Counted from the stretch's first letter, positions 10,164-20,126 are shown. The stretch: DNA of 64,000 bases from Pseudomonadota bacterium (GCA_036687665.1 JAYYZZ010000002.1:20405-84404); one strand, 5' to 3'. Numbers and translations: made by a program. The notes: a model not told the origin generated them from the letters alone.

Positions 10164-11216
10164 TTAGTGCTTATTGCATGCATCCATGAGTTTAAGTTTT
10201 TTATGTCTCTCTTCCTTATTCTCGAGGGATAAGTCACCAACAATAGCGAAAAACTTTTGAAAATCGTCATTGCAGTTGCTAATTAAGTTAACAAATTCTG
10301 GAAGGAGCTCGTAATAAATTCCAATAGAGCCAAGATATGCATTGTTGTAAACGTTATCTATATCGAGCGCTTCTTTGCTATTAGATTGTCGAAAAATTTT
10401 AGACTTCTTTGTTTTAAACACGCTTAAGATTTCCTTTTTTCTCTCTTTCATTATTTTTTTACTTTTATCACTTGCATACAATATAGATAAACTTTTACGA
10501 GTTTGTCTTATCAGATCAAAATATATATTCTTTGTTTTTAACCAGTTTTTATAATCTGCAATTTTCTTATTATCGTTATTTTTTTCTAACCACATATAAA
10601 CACCTCTGTTTTCAATTGCCGTTGCTAAAGATTCATTAAATGCAACATCATTTTTTACAAAGACTTTTTGGTGCGTAAGTTCATGAAATACTGTTGCAGC
10701 TAGATTTATTTCTCCTTTGTTAAGCATTGTGTCCAGAATAGGGTCGTCGAACCACCCCAGTGTAGAATATGCTGATATACCGCGAATAGTGACATCAAGT
10801 TTCTTGTTTCTTAATTCTTGGGCAAGTTTTTTTGCATCTTTAATATTAAAAAAACCTCTATAAGGCATGCAGCCAATAAAAGGATAGCACCATTCCTTTA
10901 ATTTCAAAGATAGCTCGGGGGTTGCAAAAACAGCCCAACTAACAAAGGGGCGGTTTAGTTTTACAAAAGTTCTGTAGCTTTCATTTTCAGGGAGAGCTAA
11001 AAATTCTGATGCGAAATCTCTTATTTCTTTCGTTGCCACAAGCAAGTTTTTTTTGTCTTCAGCTAGCTCACCGAATTTCATATTTTCTTTAATAGGCACA
11101 CGTTTTGCCATAATTTCAAGATGACCAGATATAGCTTGATGATAAAAAGATACAGTCTGACACCCGTGTAGCAGGTTATAGATCATGAGCAAAATTAATA
11201 AATTCAAAGTTCTCAT
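10164..11216 (-). CDS. lipoprotein, putative zinc aminopeptidase (COG4324-like)
   Basis: Lipobox LLHGC at the N-terminus. HExxH motif (FHELTHQ). Length and pattern recall 'predicted aminopeptidase' family proteins. Confidence 0.6.
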   Translation of the reverse strand: MRTLNLLILLMIYNLLHGCQTVSFYHQAISGHLEIMAKRVPIKENMKFGELAEDKKNLLVATKEIRDFASEFLALPENESYRTFVKLNRPFVSWAVFATPELSLKLKEWCYPFIGCMPYRGFFNIKDAKKLAQELRNKKLDVTIRGISAYSTLGWFDDPILDTMLNKGEINLAATVFHELTHQKVFVKNDVAFNESLATAIENRGVYMWLEKNNDNKKIADYKNWLKTKNIYFDLIRQTRKSLSILYASDKSKKIMKERKKEILSVFKTKKSKIFRQSNSKEALDIDNVYNNAYLGSIGIYYELLPEFVNLISNCNDDFQKFFAIVGDLSLENKEERHKKLKLMDACNKH

Positions 11217-11239
11217 GCAGTCAAGGTATCATATGTAGC

Positions 11240-12367
11240 ATGAAAATCTATCTTGTAGGCGGCGCAATTCGCGATGAGTTGCTTGGTATTATCCCAGAAG
11301 AAAGAGACTGGGTTGTAGTTGGTAGTACTCCAGAGGAAATGATCAGCCTAGGCTATAAGCCTATTGGCAAAGATTTTCCTGTATTTTTGCATCCTGAGAC
11401 TTCGGAGGAGTATGCTCTGGCAAGAACTGAACGTAAGGTTTCTCTTGGTTATCATGGTTTTGAGTTTTTCTCTGACCCAAGTGTCACGCTTGAAGAAGAT
11501 CTAATGAGGCGTGATATTACAATAAATGCTATAGCTAAATCTGACAAAGGGAAAATAATTGACCCTTTTAATGGTCGTTCTGATATTAAAACGCGCATAC
11601 TGAAACATGTTTCTCCTGCTTTTATTGAAGATCCGGTTCGAGTATTAAGAGTAGCTCGTTTTGCAGCGCGTTTTTACTCATATGATTTTAAAGTTCACGA
11701 TGAGTTGCACAAAATCATGATTGATGTAGTGAAAAATAAAGAGATTGGTGCCTTATCTCCAGATAGGGTATGGAAGGAGTTTTCTCTTGCTCTTATGGAA
11801 GATTCTCCTGACGAGTTTTTTAATGTTTTGAAAAAATGCGGTGCCGATAGTATTTTATTTCCAGGGGCAAGAAAGTCGCAAGCGTATTCTATTAACTCAG
11901 ATAATCATGCTTCACTCGATGTAAGGTATGTTTGTTTTGCAAACATGTTCAAAGAGCAAAGCTCTTTATATTCAAACATGAATGTGCCCGCATACCTAAG
12001 GGAGATGAGTGAACTTGTGGAAGAAAATTTTTTGAAGTTTCAAAAATTTAGCGGCAATCCTGAGCAAATCCTTGAAGCGCTGGAATCCCTAGATGCAATG
12101 CGTCGACCTGAACGATTAGATATATATCTTAAGGCAGCATCTTATCTTTGCCAGAACATCAAAAACTATGAGGTTTCTAACCTAATTGATGGGGGCGCAG
12201 ATTTTAATGCAGCTCTTCATGTTCTTTTAAGGGAATCACATGATGCTATAGAAAGAATAGATACAAAAGAATTTACCCAAGGGAATGAATCAGGCGAAAG
12301 CATAAAGTTAGCAAAAAGAAAAGTTTTCTTGAAAGCAATAGATACAGTGATTAGCCAGAATAAATAA
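11240..12367 (+). CDS. cca: tRNA nucleotidyltransferase (CCA-adding enzyme), HD motifs degenerate
   Basis: N-terminus MKIYLVGGAIRDELLG and blocks RRDITINA and EDPVRVLRVARFAAR match class II CCA enzymes. 375 aa. The region aligning to E. coli CHDLGK reads FANMFK. Confidence 0.88.
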   Translation: MKIYLVGGAIRDELLGIIPEERDWVVVGSTPEEMISLGYKPIGKDFPVFLHPETSEEYALARTERKVSLGYHGFEFFSDPSVTLEEDLMRRDITINAIAKSDKGKIIDPFNGRSDIKTRILKHVSPAFIEDPVRVLRVARFAARFYSYDFKVHDELHKIMIDVVKNKEIGALSPDRVWKEFSLALMEDSPDEFFNVLKKCGADSILFPGARKSQAYSINSDNHASLDVRYVCFANMFKEQSSLYSNMNVPAYLREMSELVEENFLKFQKFSGNPEQILEALESLDAMRRPERLDIYLKAASYLCQNIKNYEVSNLIDGGADFNAALHVLLRESHDAIERIDTKEFTQGNESGESIKLAKRKVFLKAIDTVISQNK

Positions 12368-13151
12368 TCAGAGATAACCCAATAACTATCCGGTATATGA
12401 TAAATGGTAGAAACCCAATTTTTTCGATTAGCTTAAGAAAAAAGTGGATAGTGTAGTATGCAGTTATGCCGGCAACAGCAGCAGCTACTAAGGGTACAAT
12501 CAATTCTGTAGCACTGATCGAATTTACTATTTTTCTGGCTTCAAATATTCCTGCTGACAAAATCACAGGAATGGAGATTAAAAAAGAAAACTTAATAGAT
12601 TGTTTTCTATTAAGCCCGGAGATTAGCCCGCCAGTAATTGTAATGCCAGAGCGCGATGCTCCTGGTATTAAAGCAAAAACTTGAAAGAAGCCAATTAGCA
12701 AAGCATGTCTTGCTGTTATCTGTTGAGTTTGTGGTGTTTTTTTGCTTATTGTGTCTGCATACCATAATAATAATCCAAAAAATATTGTTGCATATCCTAT
12801 AAGCTTAACTGATCGGAATTCAGTAGCAGCAGTATTTTCAATATAAAAGCCAGCAATTAAAATAGGTAAGCATGCAATTATTATGTACCATGCAGTCTTA
12901 CTCTTTTCGTTTACATATTTTCTATTTGAAAAACTTTTCACCCAGTTTGACAAAATGTCAGCTAGGTCTGATTTGAAATACAAAATTACTGCTAAGACTG
13001 TGCCAACATGCAGCGCAACATCAAAAACTAAACCTTTATCCTCCCAATTCATTATTTTTGGGACAAGTATTAAGTGAGCAGAACTTGAGATAGGTAAAAA
13101 CTCAGTTATTCCTTGCAAAAAAGCAAGTACTATGGCTTGCACCATATCCAT
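12351..13151 (-). CDS. uppP: undecaprenyl-diphosphate phosphatase
   Basis: 266 aa polytopic protein with ITEFLPISSSAHL and PGASRSG motifs of BacA/UppP. Confidence 0.93.
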   Translation of the reverse strand: MDMVQAIVLAFLQGITEFLPISSSAHLILVPKIMNWEDKGLVFDVALHVGTVLAVILYFKSDLADILSNWVKSFSNRKYVNEKSKTAWYIIIACLPILIAGFYIENTAATEFRSVKLIGYATIFFGLLLWYADTISKKTPQTQQITARHALLIGFFQVFALIPGASRSGITITGGLISGLNRKQSIKFSFLISIPVILSAGIFEARKIVNSISATELIVPLVAAAVAGITAYYTIHFFLKLIEKIGFLPFIIYRIVIGLSLIIYSG

Positions 13152-14290
13152 TACAATTGATGGCGATAATCACGCATGTTAATTATTTCCTTATATTTAA
13201 TATTTTTAGCTAATACCATAGTTTTAAAGTGTTCACCCATATCAGAAGGAAGCACTAATTTTTTTATTCCTTCTACTTCTTGTATTTCTTTAATATTTTT
13301 AGGTATAGAAAAACTTTCGATGATGCCTGCAGATAATACAAATTGTGCTTGCGTAGTATAAGCCACAAGATCAAAATCAGACAACTGTGCTATTTCACTA
13401 ATATAACTAAAATCAACACTTACAGTGATATCTTGATTGCCAATATTAATAAAAGGGTTTTCATGTGCGTTTTGCCTGTAATGGCATATAAGGGTGCCCA
13501 TATCGCGTTCTGCGTTATAGTATTCATTTCTTGAGTATCCATAATCGCATAAGATAACAAAGCCTTCTTCCAAGTTTTTACTTAGCGTCCTTACAAAATG
13601 ATCTTGTTGTAAATTTATTTCTGAATAGTATTTTTCTGGTATTGCATGGGGTATTTTTTTCAACAAACCCTCAACTACATTTTTCAAATTTGAACTTGCT
13701 TCCGTTTCAGCCCAACAAAATTTTTCATTTTTTATTGTCACGCCTCTCTCGAAGATTTTCTTATCTTTTATGCAAAAACATTTAGCGGGAAGTGCATCTA
13801 ATACTTCATTAGCTAAAATAATTCCTGTGAATTTTTCGGGCAACTGATCTAACCATTCAATGGCGCATGAACCTTTATATCCAGGCAAAATCGTTTTTTT
13901 TTGTATGCTTCTCAGATGCTCGCTTTGTTCAAATATCAAGTATTTGTGCAGGGTAGTGTGTGAAGAATTCATATAGTGCAGTACTTCGCGAGCCATTTGG
14001 CCATTACCAGCACCAATCTCTAATATTGACGTCATTTTGCTATCTGTTTTTGTTGAACTGCCTGTAGTTGTAATAAGATGATCGCAAAATTTTGCAATGC
14101 TCTGGGAGAAAAACTTTGATATTACTGGTGCGGTCGCGTAGTCCCCATGTTCACCAAATATGACATTCCCATTATTGTAATAACCAAGTTCTGGTTCATA
14201 TAGCACATGTTGCATATATTCATCAAAACCAAGAAACCCGCCAGACTGCTTAATTTTAGTCTTGATTTTTTTAAACAACAGAGAATTCAC
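13151..14290 (-). CDS. SAM-dependent methyltransferase, MidA/NDUFAF7 (DUF185) family
   Basis: 379 aa with EIGAGNG SAM-binding motif and ANEVLDALP block typical of MidA-like proteins. Its stop overlaps the uppP start (TAATG). Confidence 0.7.
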   Translation of the reverse strand: MNSLLFKKIKTKIKQSGGFLGFDEYMQHVLYEPELGYYNNGNVIFGEHGDYATAPVISKFFSQSIAKFCDHLITTTGSSTKTDSKMTSILEIGAGNGQMAREVLHYMNSSHTTLHKYLIFEQSEHLRSIQKKTILPGYKGSCAIEWLDQLPEKFTGIILANEVLDALPAKCFCIKDKKIFERGVTIKNEKFCWAETEASSNLKNVVEGLLKKIPHAIPEKYYSEINLQQDHFVRTLSKNLEEGFVILCDYGYSRNEYYNAERDMGTLICHYRQNAHENPFINIGNQDITVSVDFSYISEIAQLSDFDLVAYTTQAQFVLSAGIIESFSIPKNIKEIQEVEGIKKLVLPSDMGEHFKTMVLAKNIKYKEIINMRDYRHQL

Positions 14291-14361
14291 ACTTTTTTAT
14301 ATTGGTTCCAATTTATTAATGCTAAAGTGTATCAACTTTTAGTTATTTTAGTAGATGAAAA

Positions 14362-15108
14362 ATGATGGAAACACTTAACGGAAAAGTTGCTCTTATTACC
14401 GGTGGAGCTAGGCGTATTGGTGCACAGATAGCAAGAGAGCTCCACGCCAAAGGCTTGAATATTGTATTGCATTATAATTCTTCAGAAACTGAGGCTCAGA
14501 ATTTAATTAGCGAATTGGAGAGCAATAGAAAAGATTCTATTATAGGTCTTTCTCAAGATTTAACTGATTCGGATTCCATCTCTGCGCTAGTGTCTTCTGC
14601 AGTGCAAAAATGGGATCAACTTGATGTTTTAGTTAATAATGCTTCAGTGTTTTACCCGACTCACCTGCCAGATATTACAAAACGAGATTGGGACGATTTA
14701 GTGGGAGTAAATTTAATAGCACCGTTATTCTTAATCAAAGAAAGTGCAAAATACTTAGCCCATGCAAAAGGATCTGTTATCAATATAGTTGACATACATG
14801 CAGACAAGGGTTTGCAGAATTTTTCTATTTATTCTATAACCAAAGCCGGTCTAGCTATGCTTACAAAGACCATGGCACGCGAGTTAGCTCCTATGGTCAG
14901 AGTAAATGGCGTTTCTCCTGGGGCTATTATTTGGCCTGAGATTAAAGCTCATGAAAATGAGCACCAAGCAATTATTGACCAAACTGCTTTAAAAAGACAA
15001 GGAGAGCCACAAGATATTGCTAAGGCAGTTTTATTCTTGATTTGTGATTCAGATTATATAACGGGGCAGATTATTTCTGTTGATGGAGGAAGAAGCATTT
15101 CTTTCTAA
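14362..15108 (+). CDS. short-chain dehydrogenase, pteridine reductase-like
   Basis: TGGARRIG cofactor motif, NNAS, YxxxK (YSITK). Lies next to folK-folB. Confidence 0.7.
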   Translation: MMETLNGKVALITGGARRIGAQIARELHAKGLNIVLHYNSSETEAQNLISELESNRKDSIIGLSQDLTDSDSISALVSSAVQKWDQLDVLVNNASVFYPTHLPDITKRDWDDLVGVNLIAPLFLIKESAKYLAHAKGSVINIVDIHADKGLQNFSIYSITKAGLAMLTKTMARELAPMVRVNGVSPGAIIWPEIKAHENEHQAIIDQTALKRQGEPQDIAKAVLFLICDSDYITGQIISVDGGRSISF

Positions 15109-15599
15109 CTCTGTATTTTGTTTATATTTTCGAGTTGTTTTTTGTTCAGCGCTTTGAATTCTTCCCATATTTCGCTAATCGGCACTAATAACTCAGGGTG
15201 TATCTTTTCACCAGCAATTTCAGCCAAGGGAAGCAGAACAAATGCATATTCTGTAATCTCCTCACTGGGGATAGAATAATTTTGATTCTTTTGAGTTAAA
15301 TCATCGTAGAGCAAGATATCCAGATCAATCGTCCTGTCACTGAATTTATTTTCCTTACGCACCCTCCCGAGTGATTTTTCAATGTTTCTTAGTATTTCAA
15401 TGATCTCCTCAGGAGAGTTCTCGGACTTGAAGAAAACCACTAAGTTGTGAAAATCATTACCATCAAACCCAGCAGACTTAGATTCATATACTGAAGATAA
15501 TTTGAGAGTAGAAAAATTTTTCTCAAGTTGAGCAATTGCTGCAGGTATATTTTTCTCTTTATCGATATTACTACCAATACTTATACAAACTTCAGCCAC
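15105..15599 (-). CDS. folK: 2-amino-4-hydroxy-6-hydroxymethyldihydropteridine diphosphokinase
   Basis: 164 aa with RTIDLDILLY block typical of HPPK. Immediately downstream of folB. Confidence 0.88.
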   Translation of the reverse strand: MAEVCISIGSNIDKEKNIPAAIAQLEKNFSTLKLSSVYESKSAGFDGNDFHNLVVFFKSENSPEEIIEILRNIEKSLGRVRKENKFSDRTIDLDILLYDDLTQKNQNYSIPSEEITEYAFVLLPLAEIAGEKIHPELLVPISEIWEEFKALNKKQLENINKIQS

Positions 15600-15600
15600 A

Positions 15601-15957
15601 CTAATCCTTTTGTGTTCTTTCTATTGATATTCCTACTTCTTTTGATCCTCGGATAGCGCCAGGTTTTTTGACGGTTACCTTCACCCGGGGAACTTCAAAC
15701 TCATCTATAATGATCTTAGCTATCTTTTCTACTAAAACTTCGACTAGTTCAACTTTACTATTTTCTACAAAATTTATCACTTTTTTTGAAACAGCCTTAT
15801 AGTCAAGTGTGTCAGCTATTTTGTCGCTCTGTGAGGCTTTAGCAATATCTGCGTCCATTACGATATCTATGCTGACAATTTGCTTAATACGTTTTTCCCA
15901 TTCGTATATTCCTATTGTCGTTTCGATCTGCAGATCATTAATAAAAATCTTATCCAT
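15601..15957 (-). CDS. folB: dihydroneopterin aldolase
   Basis: 118 aa with IGIYEWEK and DTLDYK blocks typical of FolB. folB-folK pair. Confidence 0.85.
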   Translation of the reverse strand: MDKIFINDLQIETTIGIYEWEKRIKQIVSIDIVMDADIAKASQSDKIADTLDYKAVSKKVINFVENSKVELVEVLVEKIAKIIIDEFEVPRVKVTVKKPGAIRGSKEVGISIERTQKD

Positions 15958-16071
15958 TTGTATTCATATAAAGGTTTTGGGTCTTTTGCTGATATTAATA
16001 ACTTGTATCATGATAATATCTTTGTTATCTTGCGCGACCTCAAAGGTTTTTAAGTATAAGTGGCCCATATT

Positions 16072-16308
16072 ATGTCAAAGATATGTCAAGTAACAGGAAA
16101 AAAACCAATGTTCGGCAATAATGTGTCACATGCACATAATAAAACACGTCGTAAGTTTTTTCCAAATTTGCATACTCATCGCTTCTGGTTTGAGAAAGAA
16201 AGCAGGTGGGTTAAATTGCGCATTTCTAGAAAAGGAATGCGAATTATAGAGAAGAAGGGTATTGAGACAGTAGTAAATGAATTGCGAGAAAAGGGAACAA
16301 AAGTTTAG
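16072..16308 (+). CDS. rpmB: 50S ribosomal protein L28
   Basis: [27 protein letters not shown] is the canonical L28 N-terminus. I use the ATG at 16072 rather than the track's upstream GTG at 16060. Confidence 0.95.
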   Translation: MSKICQVTGKKPMFGNNVSHAHNKTRRKFFPNLHTHRFWFEKESRWVKLRISRKGMRIIEKKGIETVVNELREKGTKV

Positions 16309-16316
16309 GTGTTGAT

Positions 16317-16472
16317 ATGAGAGAGAAAATAAAATTAGTTTCCTCTGCAGGAACGGGCCATTTCTACACCACGACAAAAAACAAGAAATTGTCACAGGAT
16401 AAGCTTGAGCTTATGAAATACGACCCTGTTGTGCGTAAGCACGTCAAGTATAAGGAAGAAAAGATTAAGTAA
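16317..16472 (+). CDS. rpmG: 50S ribosomal protein L33
   Basis: Not in the ORF track (51 aa). Translation [51 protein letters not shown] matches L33. 8 nt after rpmB. Confidence 0.93.
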   Translation: MREKIKLVSSAGTGHFYTTTKNKKLSQDKLELMKYDPVVRKHVKYKEEKIK

Positions 16473-16475
16473 GCT

Positions 16476-16808
16476 CTATTCAGGGCATGGGCAGTAACAT
16501 TGCCCTTTTGAGTTCCAACAGCATTTTCCTGTTTCGCCAGAGTTACTTTTCCAAAGAGCACACCCAACACCGGTTTGTCTTGCGCCAAGTGGATCAGCAA
16601 TTTTTACTGCAATTTTTTCTTTTATGTTAACTGTTACGTATTTTAGCCCGGATGACGATGCTGGTTTATTTTGCACGATCACCTCTTCATCATCATCAAA
16701 CCAATTAAATGGGTTCATTGATGAGAACATGTCATCATAGAAATCCCAGCTGCAGCTGCTTAATAGCAATGGAATCATGATTATAAGAAGTAGATTTTTA
16801 ACCCTCAT
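16476..16808 (-). CDS. small lipoprotein with Cys-rich C-terminus, unknown function
   Basis: Lipobox LLSSC. Strong SD (GGGGGGAG) 5 nt upstream of the ATG. Acidic stretch WFDDDEEV. C-terminus GCALWKSNSGETGKCCWNSKGQCYCPCPE. Confidence 0.65.
   Translation of the reverse strand: MRVKNLLLIIMIPLLLSSCSWDFYDDMFSSMNPFNWFDDDEEVIVQNKPASSSGLKYVTVNIKEKIAVKIADPLGARQTGVGCALWKSNSGETGKCCWNSKGQCYCPCPE
16489..16509 (+). terminator. weak rho-independent terminator after rpmBG
   Basis: GGGCA-gtaacat-TGCCC stem followed by TTTT. It lies inside the 3' end of the convergent lipoprotein ORF. Confidence 0.35.
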
Positions 16809-16962
16809 TTGCTCCCCCCTGTATATTTGCAGATTACTCTCTGTTTTATGCTATTAGTAAAGGTAATATTACTATTGATTTGGCATGAAGTATACTGTCG
16901 CAAGGTGCTTATCGCTATTCAAGCTATAATCCGTATAAATTTACTCTAATGCCCTAATAAAA

Positions 16963-17931
16963 TTGAAAAATATAAATTCAAAATTCTACATTGATTTTGA
17001 TCAGCATCCTGCAGAAAAGCACGATAAGTTGATTAATGTATTTAGATTTTCTAACAGAACATGCCGAGATGGAGATCTTATTCATCTAGCCTTGCAACCT
17101 CTGCATGATGAATATTTATACGAAAATTGGGTCAGCGAAACTGAGGTTATTAGGGGTAAAGATGGCAATATTTTTTGGGCCAAAAATCAAGATTATTTAT
17201 TTGCGAACCTTTTATTAGAGGAAAAAGGTTTGGATGATATTGAGAATATAGCTTATAGGGCATATTCCGAGATTATGAGTTTTCTGGAAAAATCTGGTTA
17301 TGCTTATTTATTGCGGGTGTGGAATTATTTGCCTGATTTATCTTACAAGGTTGCGGAGTTGAATCGTTATCAAACTTTTTGTAAAGGGCGTCACAGAGCA
17401 TTATCCCAAAATCCAAAGTTTATCAATCTATTGCCTGCAGCGACTGTTGTCGGGACGCAAGCACCGGGAGTGCTTATTTACATTATAGCTGCGAAAAAAA
17501 GTGGTATTCCAATTGAAAACCCTAGACAGGTGAGCGCTTTTCATTACCCAATTGAATATGGTGCTGCCAGCCCAAAATTTTCAAGGGCAATGTTAAATGA
17601 CTGGGGCGAAGCATATAATTATTATATTTCAGGAACCGCGAGCATAGTAGGGCATAGCTCAAAACATGTTAACAATGTTGCAGATCAAGCTCAGGAGATA
17701 CTTCGAAATCAAGCAACTCTGCTTGAAGAGTTGCAGTTTTTTGGTAAAAATCATCCACAGATCGAGGATTTGCCTTTCCAGAAGGTGTATCTTAGTGACA
17801 AAAAATATTTTCAACCTGTTAGAGAATATTTGAATACAGTTTTTCCTAACAAAACAAAGCTACTATATTTGCTTGGAGAAGTATGTAGAGCTGAGTTAAA
17901 AGTAGAGATGGAAACTATATATTTTAGTTAG
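16963..17931 (+). CDS. chorismatase, FkbO/Hyg5/XanB2 family
   Basis: Blocks LLRVWNYLPD, NRYQTFCKGRH, ENPRQVSAFHYP..YG..SPKFSRA and ISGTASIVGH match my recollection of XanB2/FkbO-family signatures. TTG start. Confidence 0.72.
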   Translation: MKNINSKFYIDFDQHPAEKHDKLINVFRFSNRTCRDGDLIHLALQPLHDEYLYENWVSETEVIRGKDGNIFWAKNQDYLFANLLLEEKGLDDIENIAYRAYSEIMSFLEKSGYAYLLRVWNYLPDLSYKVAELNRYQTFCKGRHRALSQNPKFINLLPAATVVGTQAPGVLIYIIAAKKSGIPIENPRQVSAFHYPIEYGAASPKFSRAMLNDWGEAYNYYISGTASIVGHSSKHVNNVADQAQEILRNQATLLEELQFFGKNHPQIEDLPFQKVYLSDKKYFQPVREYLNTVFPNKTKLLYLLGEVCRAELKVEMETIYFS

Positions 17932-17961
17932 TATTTTTCACATGGAGAGAGGTTTCACAAA

Positions 17962-18189
17962 ATGCGATACCAATTAATCACAAAAATTGTAGAGTTTGAG
18001 ATTAAACAAGAACCTCTAGGTATGTGGGATATTTGCGTCGACGGGATGCCAACTCTGAGCTTTACAACACCTGAAGACGCAGCGATTGCAGTATTTAGCA
18101 AATCTGCAGGTTATACAGATTGGGACAATTCAGATTCGAGTCATACAGCACCCAAAGATCTAAGTGGTTGGGAGAAACACGACGACTAG
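17962..18189 (+). CDS. hypothetical protein (75 aa, acidic C-terminus)
   Basis: ORF preceded by SD GGAGAGAGG. No recognisable motifs. Confidence 0.45.
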   Translation: MRYQLITKIVEFEIKQEPLGMWDICVDGMPTLSFTTPEDAAIAVFSKSAGYTDWDNSDSSHTAPKDLSGWEKHDD

Positions 18190-18213
18190 TATTTTTCTTT
18201 AAATAAATACTAG
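18186..18213. terminator. AT-rich hairpin between convergent genes (possible bidirectional terminator)
   Basis: 9-bp stem CTAGTATTT / AAATACTAG with a 10-nt loop, followed by ATTTT on the plus strand. Sits between the 75-aa ORF and amtB. Confidence 0.4.
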
Positions 18214-18219
18214 ATTTTC

Positions 18220-19903
<1,684 letters not shown>

Positions 19904-19945
19904 TTAGCACTTACATCTACTGACAACGTCATACTAATATATTCA

Positions 19946-19961
19946 TGCAAAAAACATGCCA
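19946..19961 (-). promoter_or_regulatory. sigma-54 (-24/-12) promoter of glnK-amtB
   Basis: The minus strand reads TGGCAT-GTTTT-TTGCA, against consensus TGGCAC-N5-TTGCA. It lies about 73 nt upstream of the glnK ATG, which has SD GGAGGG. Confidence 0.8.
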
Positions 19962-20126
19962 GTTTTTAAATTTTTAAAAAACAACCCAGTACTATAAAAA
20001 TAATGTAAACAAGCACTTAGGGTAACTTCCCAGAGCGCATTTTTTTGTACTTTTTTCTACTATAAAATCTTTTAGTTTTTTTGTGGTGCTGCCTTAAAAT
20101 AGAGCAAGTGCACCATTATTGAGCTT

